From assembly GCA_038845265.1 (NCBI GenBank), contig JAWBQR010000005.1, forward strand, positions 32,001 through 96,000: DNA of 64,000 nucleotides, read 5' to 3'. This DNA comes from Nitrososphaerota archaeon (GTDB lineage Archaea > Thermoproteota > Nitrososphaeria_A > Caldarchaeales > Calditenuaceae). Each line of letters begins with the position of its first letter. Positions within the stretch are counted from its first letter, which is position 1. Below, in pieces: positions 1 to 11,207 of this stretch. A program made the position numbers and the translations under genes. A model generated the notes under the pieces. That model saw only the letters and a program-made list of their open reading frames with translations, made no database searches and was not told the DNA's origin.

Positions 1-415
1 ATATGTCGGCATCTAGAAGACCAGTCTTAGCACCCGCCTCCGCTAGGGCTAAGGCCAAATTTAGAGCAATAGAAGACTTTCCTACTCCTCCCTTACCACT
101 TGCAACCGCGATAATGTTCTTTATCCCAGGCACTCTTATTTGATTTTGCATGGACTTGCTAGTAGCAACAACTCTAGCTGTAACATTAATTTCTACGGAT
201 TTGACTCCGGGGATCGATTCAACAGCCTCTCTAACCTGTTTCGTAATCTGCTCATTAAATGGGCAAGCAGGCGTCGTCAATACAAGCGTAAATGAGACAT
301 GTCCATCTCTCACTTTTAGGTCTTTTATCATCCCCATTGATACAACGTCAACTCTTAGCTCCGGGTCTACTACCTTTCTTAACGCGTTCAAGACAGAATT
401 TTCTGTTACACTCAT
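1..415 (-). CDS. Mrp/NBP35 (ApbC) family Fe-S carrier ATPase with N-terminal DUF59 domain (5' part; runs off window start)
   Basis: Read by hand, not in ORF track: [20 protein letters not shown]...LTTPACP...[14 protein letters not shown]...GLLDADI; GGTGG just upstream of ATG. Confidence 0.9.
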   Translation of the reverse strand, partial: MSVTENSVLNALRKVVDPELRVDVVSMGMIKDLKVRDGHVSFTLVLTTPACPFNEQITKQVREAVESIPGVKSVEINVTARVVATSKSMQNQIRVPGIKNIIAVASGKGGVGKSSIALNLALALAEAGAKTGLLDADI

Positions 416-486
416 CCACCGAATAAATGAGTTACTGAAGTAAAATATGTTTCTAAATTACAGGAGCAAAGTAAATATGAAGCTGA

Positions 487-1026
487 TCAAGGTCGTCGAT
501 ACATATGGTAGATGAGTAATAATCCAGCAATTGTTTTAGCATCAAGGATCTTCCGCTCTTGTATCAGTTTTACGGCCTCATCCATACTTAGGGTTAACAC
601 TTTGATGTCTTCGTCAGGCTCGGTTTTCTGTTCGACTCTTTCTCCAATCTTAGCTACATAAAGATTTATGGCCTCGTTACTATAGCCGGGCGATGGATAT
701 AGCGTAGTCAAGTACTCAAGCTTTTCCGCAATTCCTCCCGTCTCCTCTCGAAGCTCCCTAACCGCACACTCCTCAGGACTCTCTCCCGGCTTTAGTGTAC
801 CAGCAGGTATTTCTAGAAGCTCTGTTCCAGCAGCGTGTCTATACTGACTAATAAGTATGACACTGCCGTCAGCTGTAATTGGTAATACTGCAGATGCCCC
901 TGGATGCTCAACTACTTCCCTAACAACTCTCCTCTCATTAATTCTGACTGTATCGATTCGTAAGCTGACCACGCGGCCCTCATATATCTTTTTACTACTA
1001 ATCAACTCCTCTTTCATTACATCCAC
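487..1026 (-). CDS. NUDIX hydrolase (ADP-ribose pyrophosphatase-like)
   Basis: Nudix box GTLKPGESPEECAVRELREETG; REVVEHPG; YPSPG. Confidence 0.9.
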   Translation of the reverse strand: MDVMKEELISSKKIYEGRVVSLRIDTVRINERRVVREVVEHPGASAVLPITADGSVILISQYRHAAGTELLEIPAGTLKPGESPEECAVRELREETGGIAEKLEYLTTLYPSPGYSNEAINLYVAKIGERVEQKTEPDEDIKVLTLSMDEAVKLIQERKILDAKTIAGLLLIYHMYRRP

Positions 1027-1104
1027 GTTTTTTGGTCTTCCTCAAAAAGCCTCACTCATAGAGAATTTTACGCATATATTTGTCACTATCTATACTTAAT
1101 AGAG

Positions 1105-1656
1105 ATGAGTAACGTCACGTTCAGCGGTTATATCGAAGGTATTCAAGCTACAAGAATAGGAAAAGCCATTTCCTTAAAAATCAGGCTTATTACGCCCGGT
1201 GGACAGAGGACGGAATTATTTATTCACAACCCGCCTGATTGGCTGAATATTGGAAAGGCAATTAAAGGGACCTATTATGAAGCCGAGACCCCCGACGGCT
1301 CCATACATATAATTGATAGCATTCAAGAAGATAAAACTCTAAAATCACCCATTATCCAAGAATTAACATTAGAAAAAATTCTCAGTATCGGACAGGACAC
1401 AGTAGTCGTTGAGGGGAGACATTCCGACGGCAGAATATTTAGCTATAAATTAAAAGATCCAAAATTTCTGGAATTCAAGCGTAGGCTACCGTTAACATCA
1501 CTAGGATTATTCATTGAGAGAGGCTCGCTACAAGTCCTCCTAACAATTATAAGTAAAGCTGAGTATAGCATAATCTCGAGGACCTGTGAGATCTCTTCCC
1601 ATCTCTCAAAAATAGCAATGGAAGAACCAGAGAAAAAATTCCTTGAGGGAGAATAA
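1105..1656 (+). CDS. Hypothetical protein (beta-rich)
   Basis: 183-aa ORF filling the gap; no recognised motif. Confidence 0.7.
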   Translation: MSNVTFSGYIEGIQATRIGKAISLKIRLITPGGQRTELFIHNPPDWLNIGKAIKGTYYEAETPDGSIHIIDSIQEDKTLKSPIIQELTLEKILSIGQDTVVVEGRHSDGRIFSYKLKDPKFLEFKRRLPLTSLGLFIERGSLQVLLTIISKAEYSIISRTCEISSHLSKIAMEEPEKKFLEGE

Positions 1657-1759
1657 TTTTGTGGAAAATCAATTTTTCAGCAAAAAGTCTAAGCTTTCTA
1701 TCACCTTAGATCAAAGAAGGATAGATAGCCTCAAAGTTTATCAATTAATTTCAAGATTA

Positions 1760-2770
1760 TCAGGCGCCTATCTGTCTTAGCCTCAGATCAGAAAAACAAA
1801 TTCCACAGACTCTATGCTCACTTGTTATTCTATTTGAATAGCTTAAAGGAGCCCCGCATACGGGACATCTAAGCCCCGGACGAGACTCATAAAGTTTAGA
1901 TCCGCATGAGGGACAATCCTTTGTCCCTACTGGTACAGTTGAGCCGCATTTAGCGCAATACGCCTCACTTGATCGACTAATTGCCTCAACGATGATCATT
2001 GGAGTTTTAGCATATTGTTGAGGCAATGATTGGAGCGAAATAGCCTTGACGGGATTTGTGACCATCGAGCTATTAGTATAATGTGTCCTAGATTTTTGTT
2101 TTATATCTGATTCTTCCCTCGTTGAAGATTCTCTTTCTAAGAGTTTGTCTAACTCGTCTACTTCTTTCTTTTCTGGTTTCTTTAATGCTATGTCAATCCT
2201 AGTGATATATGAGCCATAACTTATTCCTAGAGCTGAGCATAACAACATGGATAAAGCTAATATTATTGGATAGCTTAGTGGTTCCGTAAAAAGGACCAGA
2301 GATTTTTCTATCAGGAGGAATTGATAAGCTAATATTATGGCTGAGGGCAAGTTAAGTGCTCCAAAATATATTGTCCATATGCCGAGGAAACGAGCATATG
2401 AAATGTAGCCTATAGCTTCTGCAAACGTATAGATAGTCCATAATGAAATAATAATCTTGAGGACGTCTTCATCGATACGTGAGAGGACCGCAAGGATTAG
2501 AGAATGTGTCTCTAAATAATAACCGAGTCGATTATATAGTGTCAATGTCGAAATTGTGAACCCTAGTATAAGTAAAAGCACTGAAATTATTTTAAAATAC
2601 ATATTGCTTGTCTGTGAGCCTAATCTGAACCAGAAGATTCCCCTAATTACAATGCTCACCGGATAAGCCAATAATACGAAGGGAAAAATTGGCATTTGTC
2701 CTAGAAGGGTAATTAGAATTATTATGAGAGACAATGAATAACCAATAGTTCCTAATAGGCCAATTCGCAT
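1760..2770 (-). CDS. Membrane protein with C-terminal multiple zinc ribbons
   Basis: About 6 hydrophobic segments followed by CAKCG/CPSCG/CPVCG/CGIC motifs. Confidence 0.75.
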   Translation of the reverse strand: MRIGLLGTIGYSLSLIIILITLLGQMPIFPFVLLAYPVSIVIRGIFWFRLGSQTSNMYFKIISVLLLILGFTISTLTLYNRLGYYLETHSLILAVLSRIDEDVLKIIISLWTIYTFAEAIGYISYARFLGIWTIYFGALNLPSAIILAYQFLLIEKSLVLFTEPLSYPIILALSMLLCSALGISYGSYITRIDIALKKPEKKEVDELDKLLERESSTREESDIKQKSRTHYTNSSMVTNPVKAISLQSLPQQYAKTPMIIVEAISRSSEAYCAKCGSTVPVGTKDCPSCGSKLYESRPGLRCPVCGAPLSYSNRITSEHRVCGICFSDLRLRQIGA

Positions 2771-2880
2771 TTCTGTCCTTATTGCGATGTGGACATTTTT
2801 AACTTTTTTTCCTCATCCTGAAAAATATAACCGTTAATTTTTAGGAAATGCTATAATACTACAGGTTTTGTTTATTTAAT

Positions 2881-4512
2881 ATGGCAAAGTACATCTTCGT
2901 AACGGGCGGCGTTATATCGTCAGTCGGCAAGGGCACAGTAGCGGCATCGATTGGCAAAATACTAGTTTCAAAGGGATACAAAGTTGATTTTTTAAAGATT
3001 GACCCATACGTCAATGTAGATGCCGGTACACTGAATCCTTACACTCACGGAGAAGTCTTCGTTACTGATGACGGGGGAGAAACAGATCTTGACCTCGGAT
3101 GGTACGAGAGATTTTTAGACATTCCAATGAGTAAAATGAACAATATAACAACTGGACAGATCTATATGGAGGTACTGAAAAGGGAAAGGACTGGCGACTA
3201 TTTAGGCCAATGCGTCCAAGTTATTCCACATGTAACTGATGAGATAAAACGTCGCATAAAGATGATCGCATCTAGGAGGGGGGCCGACATAGTGATAGTT
3301 GAGATTGGTGGTACTGCAGGCGACATTGAAGGGCTTCCCTTCTACGAGGCCGCCCGTCAAATGAAGCTAGAAGAATCAACACTCTTCATTCATGTAGCAT
3401 TAGTAATTTATCTTAAATCTACTGCAGAGTTTAAGACCAAAGCATTACAACATAGCGTAAATGAGTTAAGGAGGATCGGGATACAGCCAGACATAGTAGT
3501 TGCACGAAGTGATAGAATGATAGACGAGGCTACACGCTCAAAGATAGCTTTGTTCAGCACCCTACCAAAAGAAGCTGTCTTTTGCTCGTATGACACTGAT
3601 GTAATTTATGAGGTCCCGTTAATGCTGGAGAGACAGGGAATTGGTGATTATATTGAACGTTTACTCGGATTACCACGGTTAGCTCCTCGCCTTGAAGACT
3701 GGAATAAGATAGTAAACTCTTTCAGGGTAAAAGAACCAGCCGTGAAGATCGCTATATGTGGAAAATATACAAGCCTCACGGATTCATACGTAAGCATTAA
3801 AGAAGCTCTTCGCCATGCAGCGGCATATCACGGAGTTAGGCTCGAGATAGAATGGATAGAGACAAGTGAATTAGAAAACTCACCATCAATGATTAAAAAG
3901 CTAGATACAGTAGATGGAATTCTAGTTCCTGGAGGATTTGGAAAGAGAGGCACCGAGGGAAAGCTAATGTCGATAGAATATGCTAGAACTCATAAAAAGC
4001 CATTTTTAGGCATATGCTTCGGCATGCAACTAGCAATTGTTGAGTTTTCAAGAAATGTCTTAGGTCTAAAAGATGCAAACAGCACCGAGATAGATCCCTT
4101 TACTCCTCATCCAGTCATTTATTTAATGCCCGAGCAGGAAGAGATAACCGAGAAGGGCGGCACAATGAGGCTTGGCGCCCTGCCAATACACATTAAGAGG
4201 GGGACAATAGCCCATAGCCTATATAATAATGACATAATTTACCAAAGACACCGTCATCGATACGAGGTTAATCCAAAATATTGGGAAACCCTGCAGCAGA
4301 ATGGATTAGTAATCTCTGGAAAATCGCCCGACGGTAGAAGAGTCGAGATAATAGAGTTACAGAACCATCCCTACTTTATTGCCACTCAATTCCATCCAGA
4401 ATTTAAATCGAGACCAGGCAATCCAGATCCTGTCTTCCTAGGATTAATCCGTGCCTCAACAGAGATGAGAAATGTTAAGGAAATAAATAACCTGAAGAAG
4501 ATAGCTCTATAA
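2881..4512 (+). CDS. pyrG: CTP synthase
   Basis: [38 protein letters not shown]. Confidence 0.98.
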   Translation: MAKYIFVTGGVISSVGKGTVAASIGKILVSKGYKVDFLKIDPYVNVDAGTLNPYTHGEVFVTDDGGETDLDLGWYERFLDIPMSKMNNITTGQIYMEVLKRERTGDYLGQCVQVIPHVTDEIKRRIKMIASRRGADIVIVEIGGTAGDIEGLPFYEAARQMKLEESTLFIHVALVIYLKSTAEFKTKALQHSVNELRRIGIQPDIVVARSDRMIDEATRSKIALFSTLPKEAVFCSYDTDVIYEVPLMLERQGIGDYIERLLGLPRLAPRLEDWNKIVNSFRVKEPAVKIAICGKYTSLTDSYVSIKEALRHAAAYHGVRLEIEWIETSELENSPSMIKKLDTVDGILVPGGFGKRGTEGKLMSIEYARTHKKPFLGICFGMQLAIVEFSRNVLGLKDANSTEIDPFTPHPVIYLMPEQEEITEKGGTMRLGALPIHIKRGTIAHSLYNNDIIYQRHRHRYEVNPKYWETLQQNGLVISGKSPDGRRVEIIELQNHPYFIATQFHPEFKSRPGNPDPVFLGLIRASTEMRNVKEINNLKKIAL

Positions 4513-4513
4513 A

Positions 4514-5233
4514 ATGAGAATAATAGATGCTCATTGCCACTTCCATGCCTATTCCAAAGAAGCCTATAAAAAATACGAAAAAATCACAATAATCGCAGTT
4601 TCAGATGATTATGATTCATCCATTAAAACATGTATGTTGTCGAAGAGTTTATCAAATATCGTACCATTCGTCGGTATTCATCCATGGAACATAGACAATT
4701 TAACAAGTAAAGAGCTCGACCAAATAAGACACCTAATAGAGAATGAGAAAGCATTGGGGATAGGTGAAGTGGGGCTAGACTTCAGATTTTCTAAAGCATC
4801 TAAAGATCTTCAAGTAAAGATATTTGATGAATTTTGTAGAATTGCTGCTGAAAAGAAAATGCCCCTAAATGTACATTCTTACTCGGCCTGGAAAGAGGCT
4901 TTAACTCTTGTGGCTAAACACGATGTAAAGTCAGTACTTTTCCATTGGTATACCGGTCCCGAAGAATTATTGAGAGAAATCAACAATTATGGATACTTCA
5001 TTAGCGTAAATCCCACTGTCACTATACAACCTAAACAAAGAAAAATAATTGAGAAAGCAAGTGTGGAATCAATCTTAACAGAGAGTGACGGCCCATATGT
5101 TTATCGAACTGTCCAGCTAGATTCTTCAATGATTCACTATACTCTTGAAATTATCTCTGAAATCAAAAAAATATCGATAGACGAGCTTTCACAAATTATA
5201 TCTAGCAACTATGAAAGATATATCTCTAGTTGA
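4514..5233 (+). CDS. TatD family hydrolase
   Basis: IDAHCH, GIHPW, IGEVGLD, HWY, ILTESDGP. Confidence 0.92.
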   Translation: MRIIDAHCHFHAYSKEAYKKYEKITIIAVSDDYDSSIKTCMLSKSLSNIVPFVGIHPWNIDNLTSKELDQIRHLIENEKALGIGEVGLDFRFSKASKDLQVKIFDEFCRIAAEKKMPLNVHSYSAWKEALTLVAKHDVKSVLFHWYTGPEELLREINNYGYFISVNPTVTIQPKQRKIIEKASVESILTESDGPYVYRTVQLDSSMIHYTLEIISEIKKISIDELSQIISSNYERYISS

Positions 5234-5305
5234 TGAGAGATTTTGAATAATTGAAAAATTTCTCGCTTGACTCAAGCTATATAAAGCAATAAGTTCCTTA
5301 ACAAA

Positions 5306-6367
5306 ATGAAAGTCATGTCGGGAGAAAATCCGAACACAACTGATGAATTCCTTAGTAAGCCTCTAAGTTCTATTGAAGTGAAGGAGCGCAAAATATCTGA
5401 TCTATTGTCCGCAATGAGTCTTACAGGTTTTCAAGGTAGGAAGCTCGGCGAGGCTGTTGATGCGTGGGTAAATGCCCTGCAAGATGAGGATGTAGTAATA
5501 ATGATGGGTTATGCTGGAAGCTTAAGTACGACTGGTCAATGGAGAATAATTAAGTGGCTCATAGAGAATAGATACATAGATGTTTTAATCTCTACTGGGG
5601 CGAACATTACTGAAGACATAATAGAGGCTATGGGACATAAATACTGGAGAGGAAGTCCATACGTTGATGACGATGTACTCAGGAAAAGGGGAATCTATAG
5701 ATTTTACGATGTCTACGTAAAAGAATCAGATTATATATCTATGGAAAAGATGCTTGCTGATTTTATGTTGACTCTCAGTGATAAGAGAGTACTAACGTCT
5801 CCCGAGCTGCTTTACTTGCTGGGTAAATGGCTAGATAAGAGAGGGGTGAATGGAATAGTAACTACGGCTAGTCGAAATAATGTCCCAATATTCTGCCCAG
5901 CAATAGTCGATAGTGGATTTGGAGTTGCATATATTTACAATCGATACAGAAATAAAGAATTCAGCTTGTTGGTGGATCAATTTAAGGATTATGAGCTTTT
6001 GGTAAGGATTAAATCAAGTGTTAAGGACAGCGCTGTGATATTTATTGGTGGAGGTGTGCCGAAGGACTTTATACAATTGTCAGCCGTAGCTGTTGATTTA
6101 TTACTTTCAGGAAATTATTATCAATCTAGGCCTCATAAATATGCAATTCAGATAACTGTAGACAGTCCCCATTGGGGCGGATTATCAGGAGCGACACTCG
6201 AGGAAGGAAAGAGCTGGGGCAAAGAGTCAAAAGAGGGCATGAATGTGCAATGTTTCTGCGATGCAACCATAGCACTGCCACTAATTGCTCATTCACTTCT
6301 TGAACGTGTTAAATATCCAAGGAAGGGACCAGACCTTTCATGGATATTCAGTTCTGTTACACAATAA
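5306..6367 (+). CDS. Deoxyhypusine synthase-like protein (possible homospermidine synthase or alternative DHS)
   Basis: GFQGRKL, STGAN, GGGVPKDF, GGLSGATLEEGKSWGK, DATIALP. Confidence 0.88.
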   Translation: MKVMSGENPNTTDEFLSKPLSSIEVKERKISDLLSAMSLTGFQGRKLGEAVDAWVNALQDEDVVIMMGYAGSLSTTGQWRIIKWLIENRYIDVLISTGANITEDIIEAMGHKYWRGSPYVDDDVLRKRGIYRFYDVYVKESDYISMEKMLADFMLTLSDKRVLTSPELLYLLGKWLDKRGVNGIVTTASRNNVPIFCPAIVDSGFGVAYIYNRYRNKEFSLLVDQFKDYELLVRIKSSVKDSAVIFIGGGVPKDFIQLSAVAVDLLLSGNYYQSRPHKYAIQITVDSPHWGGLSGATLEEGKSWGKESKEGMNVQCFCDATIALPLIAHSLLERVKYPRKGPDLSWIFSSVTQ

Positions 6368-6383
6368 TCACTCGATTAACGAC

Positions 6384-7310
6384 TTAATCAAGTGATTTTA
6401 TTACTGCGAGATATAGAAATGGCAGTGCAATTGTTGCATCTGCATTAACGAAGACATGCCTAGCGCTGGCTGAGAGTTTTTTCCAGGACACAGCTTCCCT
6501 TGGCCTAGCGCCGCTTAGGCTACCGTCATATTCTGTTGCAGTAGTGATGTATACGGCATATTCAAGTCCCTCACCGCTGAACTGCCCCCACCACAATGTA
6601 TGATGCTTTGAGATTCCTCCACCTATTATTAATGCGCCGGCCGTAGACGCATTCCAAAACTTATCGCTCAGCAGTGCCTCATCACTCATTAAGTCGAAGT
6701 AAAACTTTCTTTGCTGACTATTGAGCCATGCATGAAATCCTACAGCTCCATCAATAATGCCTGGAACAATAACTGGAATCTTTTCCCTCCAACACCAATA
6801 AAGGAAAGACTCTTCATTATTAATGTGCTCACCCAGTCTCCAGCAAAACTCATGTGTAGAGATGTAATTAGCATCACTAATTTTTCTCATTAACTCTCTA
6901 ATTTCTCTCTCTATAACTTCGCCGTAACTTGATTGCCTTATTAATACATTTCCAAGCCTATGGATTCCCTCCTTCCGTAGCTCGTAGTCATCCGCATCGA
7001 AGGTTCCACACTCATAATTAGCCCTGCTTCTAGCTAGGTCATGATCGAGAGTGGCGCAAGTGGTAATGACAAGATCAAAGAGGCGACGCCTAACCATGTC
7101 TCTCAGTATTCCGCGGAGCCCAGTAGCCATGAGGTTACCCGTAAACGATAGTATCCTGAGACAGTCAGGCTTCCTAAACATCTCTATTAATATCTCCTTA
7201 GCGACTGCTAGATTCACAGCCATGAAGCCTCCCGACCTTCGCATCATTTGGAAAAGCTCAATCAGATCAGTATCCTTGCTCATTCGAATATCTTGTACTG
7301 GCTCGCCCAT
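6384..7310 (-). CDS. dys: Deoxyhypusine synthase (crenarchaeal type)
   Basis: GGGISKHHTLWW, DGSLSGARPREAVSWKK, DATIALP. Confidence 0.9.
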   Translation of the reverse strand: MGEPVQDIRMSKDTDLIELFQMMRRSGGFMAVNLAVAKEILIEMFRKPDCLRILSFTGNLMATGLRGILRDMVRRRLFDLVITTCATLDHDLARSRANYECGTFDADDYELRKEGIHRLGNVLIRQSSYGEVIEREIRELMRKISDANYISTHEFCWRLGEHINNEESFLYWCWREKIPVIVPGIIDGAVGFHAWLNSQQRKFYFDLMSDEALLSDKFWNASTAGALIIGGGISKHHTLWWGQFSGEGLEYAVYITTATEYDGSLSGARPREAVSWKKLSASARHVFVNADATIALPFLYLAVIKSLD

Positions 7311-7381
7311 TTCTCATCATATTAAATCTCAATCAAGGTATAAATGCTTCCCAAATATTGATAAGTTTAAGTAAATATAAG

Positions 7382-8392
7382 TCAGTAACTCCTAACTATT
7401 TTTAGCCAGTCCCTTAACCTCACTTCTATACCAAATCTTTTTTCCCGTCTCTTCATATAAATGATGGGAGATATGAGTAGCCCAACGTCACGTAGCAAGT
7501 TAAATTTTCCACTAAATTTCTTCTGAATAAAGGTAAATAACTTGTAGAATATGTTAAAGTACTTCATCACGTCTTCTTGATATTTTACTAGATTTTCACT
7601 CTCTATGTTTTCGTATAATATTTTTGCGCAGTGTATGCTTGGAATTATTCCCTCTCCAAGGATTGGAAAAACAGTTCCTATACATTCTCCAACACCAACT
7701 ATGTTTCCATTAATAATTGGTTTAGAGAGATGTGGCGGGGTAATTCTAACTGGTCTTCCAATTTTCATAATTATTTCGCCTTTATGTTCATGTAAAAACT
7801 CATTTAGATACTTCTCATGGTTCTTGTAGTAGTCGCCCGCACCTACATGGTAGACATCGCCATCAAGCGGGAAATACCATAGATACCCTGATAGTTTATT
7901 GATTGGCTTTATGTAAAAATCATCAAAGGGCGGATCCCTAAACTTAACCTTATACTCAACTGTTGGAATAAAATAGTCCTTTTTTATTTTTGGAAGAATA
8001 ATCCTGTTAAATCCTGTGGCTTCAACAACAATGTCGTAGTCGTCGTTTGGTAGAGTAGTAATTTTTGTTCCATAATTTACTTTGACGTCGCGATGCATAT
8101 CCATGATGAATCTAAGCTTGTCAAATGTGCATAGCCCCTTAAGCTTTATCGCCATTACTTCGTCTTTAACCTGTACGTACATTCTCTTTCCGACGTAATA
8201 CACATAGTCATCGAAGTTTAGACCTATTTTTCTCGTTAATTGACGCATTTCATATAGACTCGTCGCCCATGCACAAATGGGAAAGAACTTGTCACGCTCT
8301 TGTCGCTCGTACACAACTACTTCATGATTGTCTTTTAGTAGCTGGGCTAGATAGGAGCCCGATACTCCACCCCCAATTACCGCGATCTTCAT
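7382..8392 (-). CDS. FAD-dependent oxidoreductase, geranylgeranyl reductase family
   Basis: KIAVIGGGVSG; GYLWYFP; VGECIG...GEGI. Confidence 0.8.
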   Translation of the reverse strand: MKIAVIGGGVSGSYLAQLLKDNHEVVVYERQERDKFFPICAWATSLYEMRQLTRKIGLNFDDYVYYVGKRMYVQVKDEVMAIKLKGLCTFDKLRFIMDMHRDVKVNYGTKITTLPNDDYDIVVEATGFNRIILPKIKKDYFIPTVEYKVKFRDPPFDDFYIKPINKLSGYLWYFPLDGDVYHVGAGDYYKNHEKYLNEFLHEHKGEIIMKIGRPVRITPPHLSKPIINGNIVGVGECIGTVFPILGEGIIPSIHCAKILYENIESENLVKYQEDVMKYFNIFYKLFTFIQKKFSGKFNLLRDVGLLISPIIYMKRREKRFGIEVRLRDWLKIVRSY

Positions 8393-8447
8393 ACCTCTAT
8401 CTTGAATGATAAATAATCGTGCTGCCCAAAATATAATCCTGATTTTG

Positions 8448-9128
8448 TTATGGCTCTATCACTGTTCCTGCCTTACCATATAAAATTGCATGTTTAATAT
8501 TTTCAACATTTCTACCATCTACGAAAAGAAGCTTCGTACTTGATCTTTCAAGCATGCTCAGCCCAACTGAATCTATTAATCGATATTCACCTGCACGGTG
8601 AGACGTTGCAGCGAGCATTCTTTGAAGATCTGAATAAGTCATTTTGGGTATGAGTTTGGCGTTTGGATTTATCTTTGGATCGGAGTCATATACTCCCTCC
8701 ACGTCAGTCGCGACGATCAATCTGGATGCCTTAATTGCCTGTGCACATAAAGACGCTACCGCGAATGTCGACTGCCCTGGCCAGAATCCTCCAACTATGG
8801 CCAAATTAGAAATGGCTAATGCCTCTTTAAGCTCAGGAATATTTTTAGGAACTGAAGGATACGCAATATCCTTAAGCGCCTCGATGAATAATGCTGCATG
8901 TATTCTCGTAACTTGAATAGCAATCTCGTCACACAGGGTCTCGTCAGCACCTAGTCTTCTCGCTGCTTCAATAAACCGTCTAGCACCATCCCCACCACCA
9001 ACGACTATTACCCATTTATCGGAGCGACTGAACGTTTCTCTAACAACATCGGCGACCGCCTCTATAAATTTATGGTTAATTTCTTCCCTGTGGAAGAGGT
9101 GCCCCCCTATCTTCAGCACCAAAGACAT
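8448..9128 (-). CDS. pyrH: UMP kinase
   Basis: VLKIGG, VVGGG..AR, PGQST, TDVEGVYDSDPK. Confidence 0.93.
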   Translation of the reverse strand: MSLVLKIGGHLFHREEINHKFIEAVADVVRETFSRSDKWVIVVGGGDGARRFIEAARRLGADETLCDEIAIQVTRIHAALFIEALKDIAYPSVPKNIPELKEALAISNLAIVGGFWPGQSTFAVASLCAQAIKASRLIVATDVEGVYDSDPKINPNAKLIPKMTYSDLQRMLAATSHRAGEYRLIDSVGLSMLERSSTKLLFVDGRNVENIKHAILYGKAGTVIEP

Positions 9129-9283
9129 ACATATCTATCGATTCATAGTAGATTATAACCTAACCTAGCCAGAGTCGGGTCAGACTTATTAAACAGCAGA
9201 ATTAATAATGAATACAGCGAGTTGAACAATGAAAATAGGAACACCTATTGCTACTAGCTGCTAGCTGTCGGGGCGGGATTGTC

Positions 9284-10534
9284 ATGAAGCATGATTCTGT
9301 AACGCTTTATAAATTTAAGCGCATGATAGAAGAGCTAGAGAAGAAGGAGGGCAGGGGAACCGAGCTAGTCAGTATCTACGTGCCCCCTGGAAGAAGGATC
9401 GATGAAGTGATTGCCTATCTTAGGCAAGAATACGCGACCGCATCAAACATTAAGTCTAAGTCGACCAGGAAGAATGTAATGGATGCAATTGAGAGCGCCA
9501 TCCAGCGCCTAAAACTATTTAGCGATGCTGGTGAAAATGGCTTGATTATTTTTAGTGGAGCAATCCCACAAAACGGTCCAGGAACTGAGAAGATCGAGGT
9601 CTATCACGTTATCCCACCCATGCCAATAAATATTTTCCTTTATCGATGCGACAGTAAGTTTCATCTCGAGCCTTTAAAAGACCTAGTTAAGGAGAAAGAC
9701 GTCTACGGCGTATTAGTAGTCGATAATGAAGAAGCAGCCGTCGCTGTTCTCAAGGGAAGATCAGTAACTGAGATTCAGACATATACTTCAGGAGTGCCTG
9801 GTAAGCATAGGGCTGGTGGACAATCAGCCCGAAGATTCGAGAGGCTCAGAGACCAAGCACTTACAGAGTATTATAAGAGAGTGGCAGAACATGCAAATGA
9901 AATCTTCCTGAAGTATCCAGACATAAAAGCAATAATAATAGCTGGTCCTGGACCAACAAAGGAGATCTTTAGCAAAGGCGAATTACTGCACTATACTCTT
10001 CGAGATAAGATTTACGTAGTTGACACGTCATATTCAGGCGAGGAAGGAGTTAGAGAAGCTATAGATAAGGCATCTGAACAACTAAGAGAACTACGACTAG
10101 TAGAGGAGAGAAGACTGATTGATAAAATCATCTGGATGGCGTCGAATGCTGGAGGAGTTATCTATGGTGAAAAACAAGTTAGGGAAGCATTAAGGAACAG
10201 ACAATTAGCCTTGCTCGTCATAAGCGAGGACCTAGACAAATATGAAGTTGAGGTAAAATGCAGCTCATGCGGATACAGCGAAAAGTATTCAGTAACGAGT
10301 GAAGAGCTTGTTTCAAAGCTTCCACAGAGATTGGCCGAAAAATGCCCAAGTTGTGGAATGGCGACCTTAACCAAGACTTCTGAGGAGTTTCTAATCGACG
10401 TCTTGATTAGGGAGGCTGAGGATGCAGGCACAGAAGTTGAACTTGTTTCTTCTGCGCATGAGTCGGGAGAGATGTTTAAGAAGGCATTTATGGGACTTGC
10501 AGGGGTGCTTAAGGGACACCAGTACAATCTTTAG
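9284..10534 (+). CDS. prf1: Peptide chain release factor aRF1
   Basis: GTELVS, TASNIKS, YRCD, GGQS; likely start ATG 9284; C-terminal CxxC...CxxC insertion. Confidence 0.96.
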   Translation: MKHDSVTLYKFKRMIEELEKKEGRGTELVSIYVPPGRRIDEVIAYLRQEYATASNIKSKSTRKNVMDAIESAIQRLKLFSDAGENGLIIFSGAIPQNGPGTEKIEVYHVIPPMPINIFLYRCDSKFHLEPLKDLVKEKDVYGVLVVDNEEAAVAVLKGRSVTEIQTYTSGVPGKHRAGGQSARRFERLRDQALTEYYKRVAEHANEIFLKYPDIKAIIIAGPGPTKEIFSKGELLHYTLRDKIYVVDTSYSGEEGVREAIDKASEQLRELRLVEERRLIDKIIWMASNAGGVIYGEKQVREALRNRQLALLVISEDLDKYEVEVKCSSCGYSEKYSVTSEELVSKLPQRLAEKCPSCGMATLTKTSEEFLIDVLIREAEDAGTEVELVSSAHESGEMFKKAFMGLAGVLKGHQYNL

Positions 10535-10586
10535 CACGTAAAGACTTAAACCCAAATATCCCCTTCAAAATCTAGTAATTTTAAAA

Positions 10587-11147
10587 ATGTCTACTAATAC
10601 TCCATATCGTCCAGCTGAGGACACATGGCTTCTCGAAGATTCATTAAGAAATATACGTGATGTGAATCGCTCAGTCGAAGTAGGATGCGGAACAGGATAT
10701 ATCACAAAAATACTCTCAGAAAAGTCTAGAGATGTCATAGCGATTGAAAAAGACATCCAATCAGCATATGATGCGAGAGATTACCTTAAAGATGTTCTAG
10801 GGAACATTCATATCATCATCGCTGACGGAATGAGCCCGATTAATGATTACGCTAAGATAGATCTGATCGTATCGAATCCGCCATATCTTCCATCCGACGA
10901 GACTCTTCATGACCAAACAATACATGGTGGGCCAACAGGTGTCGAGACATCGGAAGAAATAATTAAGCAAGCTCTTCCATTTCTAAGGAGAGGAGGAGAA
11001 TTATTTTTAATCTCCTCATCTCTCGGAGACCAGGAAAAATTGCTAGAAACAATTCATCAATTTGGGTTATCGGCGGAGATCTTAAATTCCAGACGGATGT
11101 TCTTCGAGGAGATAATATGTTTAAAAATCTATCAAGCACAAAAATAA
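10587..11147 (+). CDS. HemK2/PrmC family release-factor glutamine methyltransferase
   Basis: YRPAEDTWLL, EVGCGTG, NPPY; adjacent to aRF1. Confidence 0.9.
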   Translation: MSTNTPYRPAEDTWLLEDSLRNIRDVNRSVEVGCGTGYITKILSEKSRDVIAIEKDIQSAYDARDYLKDVLGNIHIIIADGMSPINDYAKIDLIVSNPPYLPSDETLHDQTIHGGPTGVETSEEIIKQALPFLRRGGELFLISSSLGDQEKLLETIHQFGLSAEILNSRRMFFEEIICLKIYQAQK

Positions 11148-11207
11148 AGATCTCTATCCATGGAGCGTAATAAATTTAATTAATAGGTGTCTAGGTATTC
11201 TAATCTG

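Noticed and set aside
150-443. 97-aa + strand ORF
   Set aside because: Antisense shadow of the Mrp/ApbC gene
5229-5275. TGATGA box C-like motif at the tatD stop
   Set aside because: No CTGA box D at a suitable distance; explained by tandem stop codons
10255-10360. Zinc-ribbon insertion in the aRF1 C-terminal domain
   Set aside because: Known feature of many archaeal aRF1 proteins; not novel
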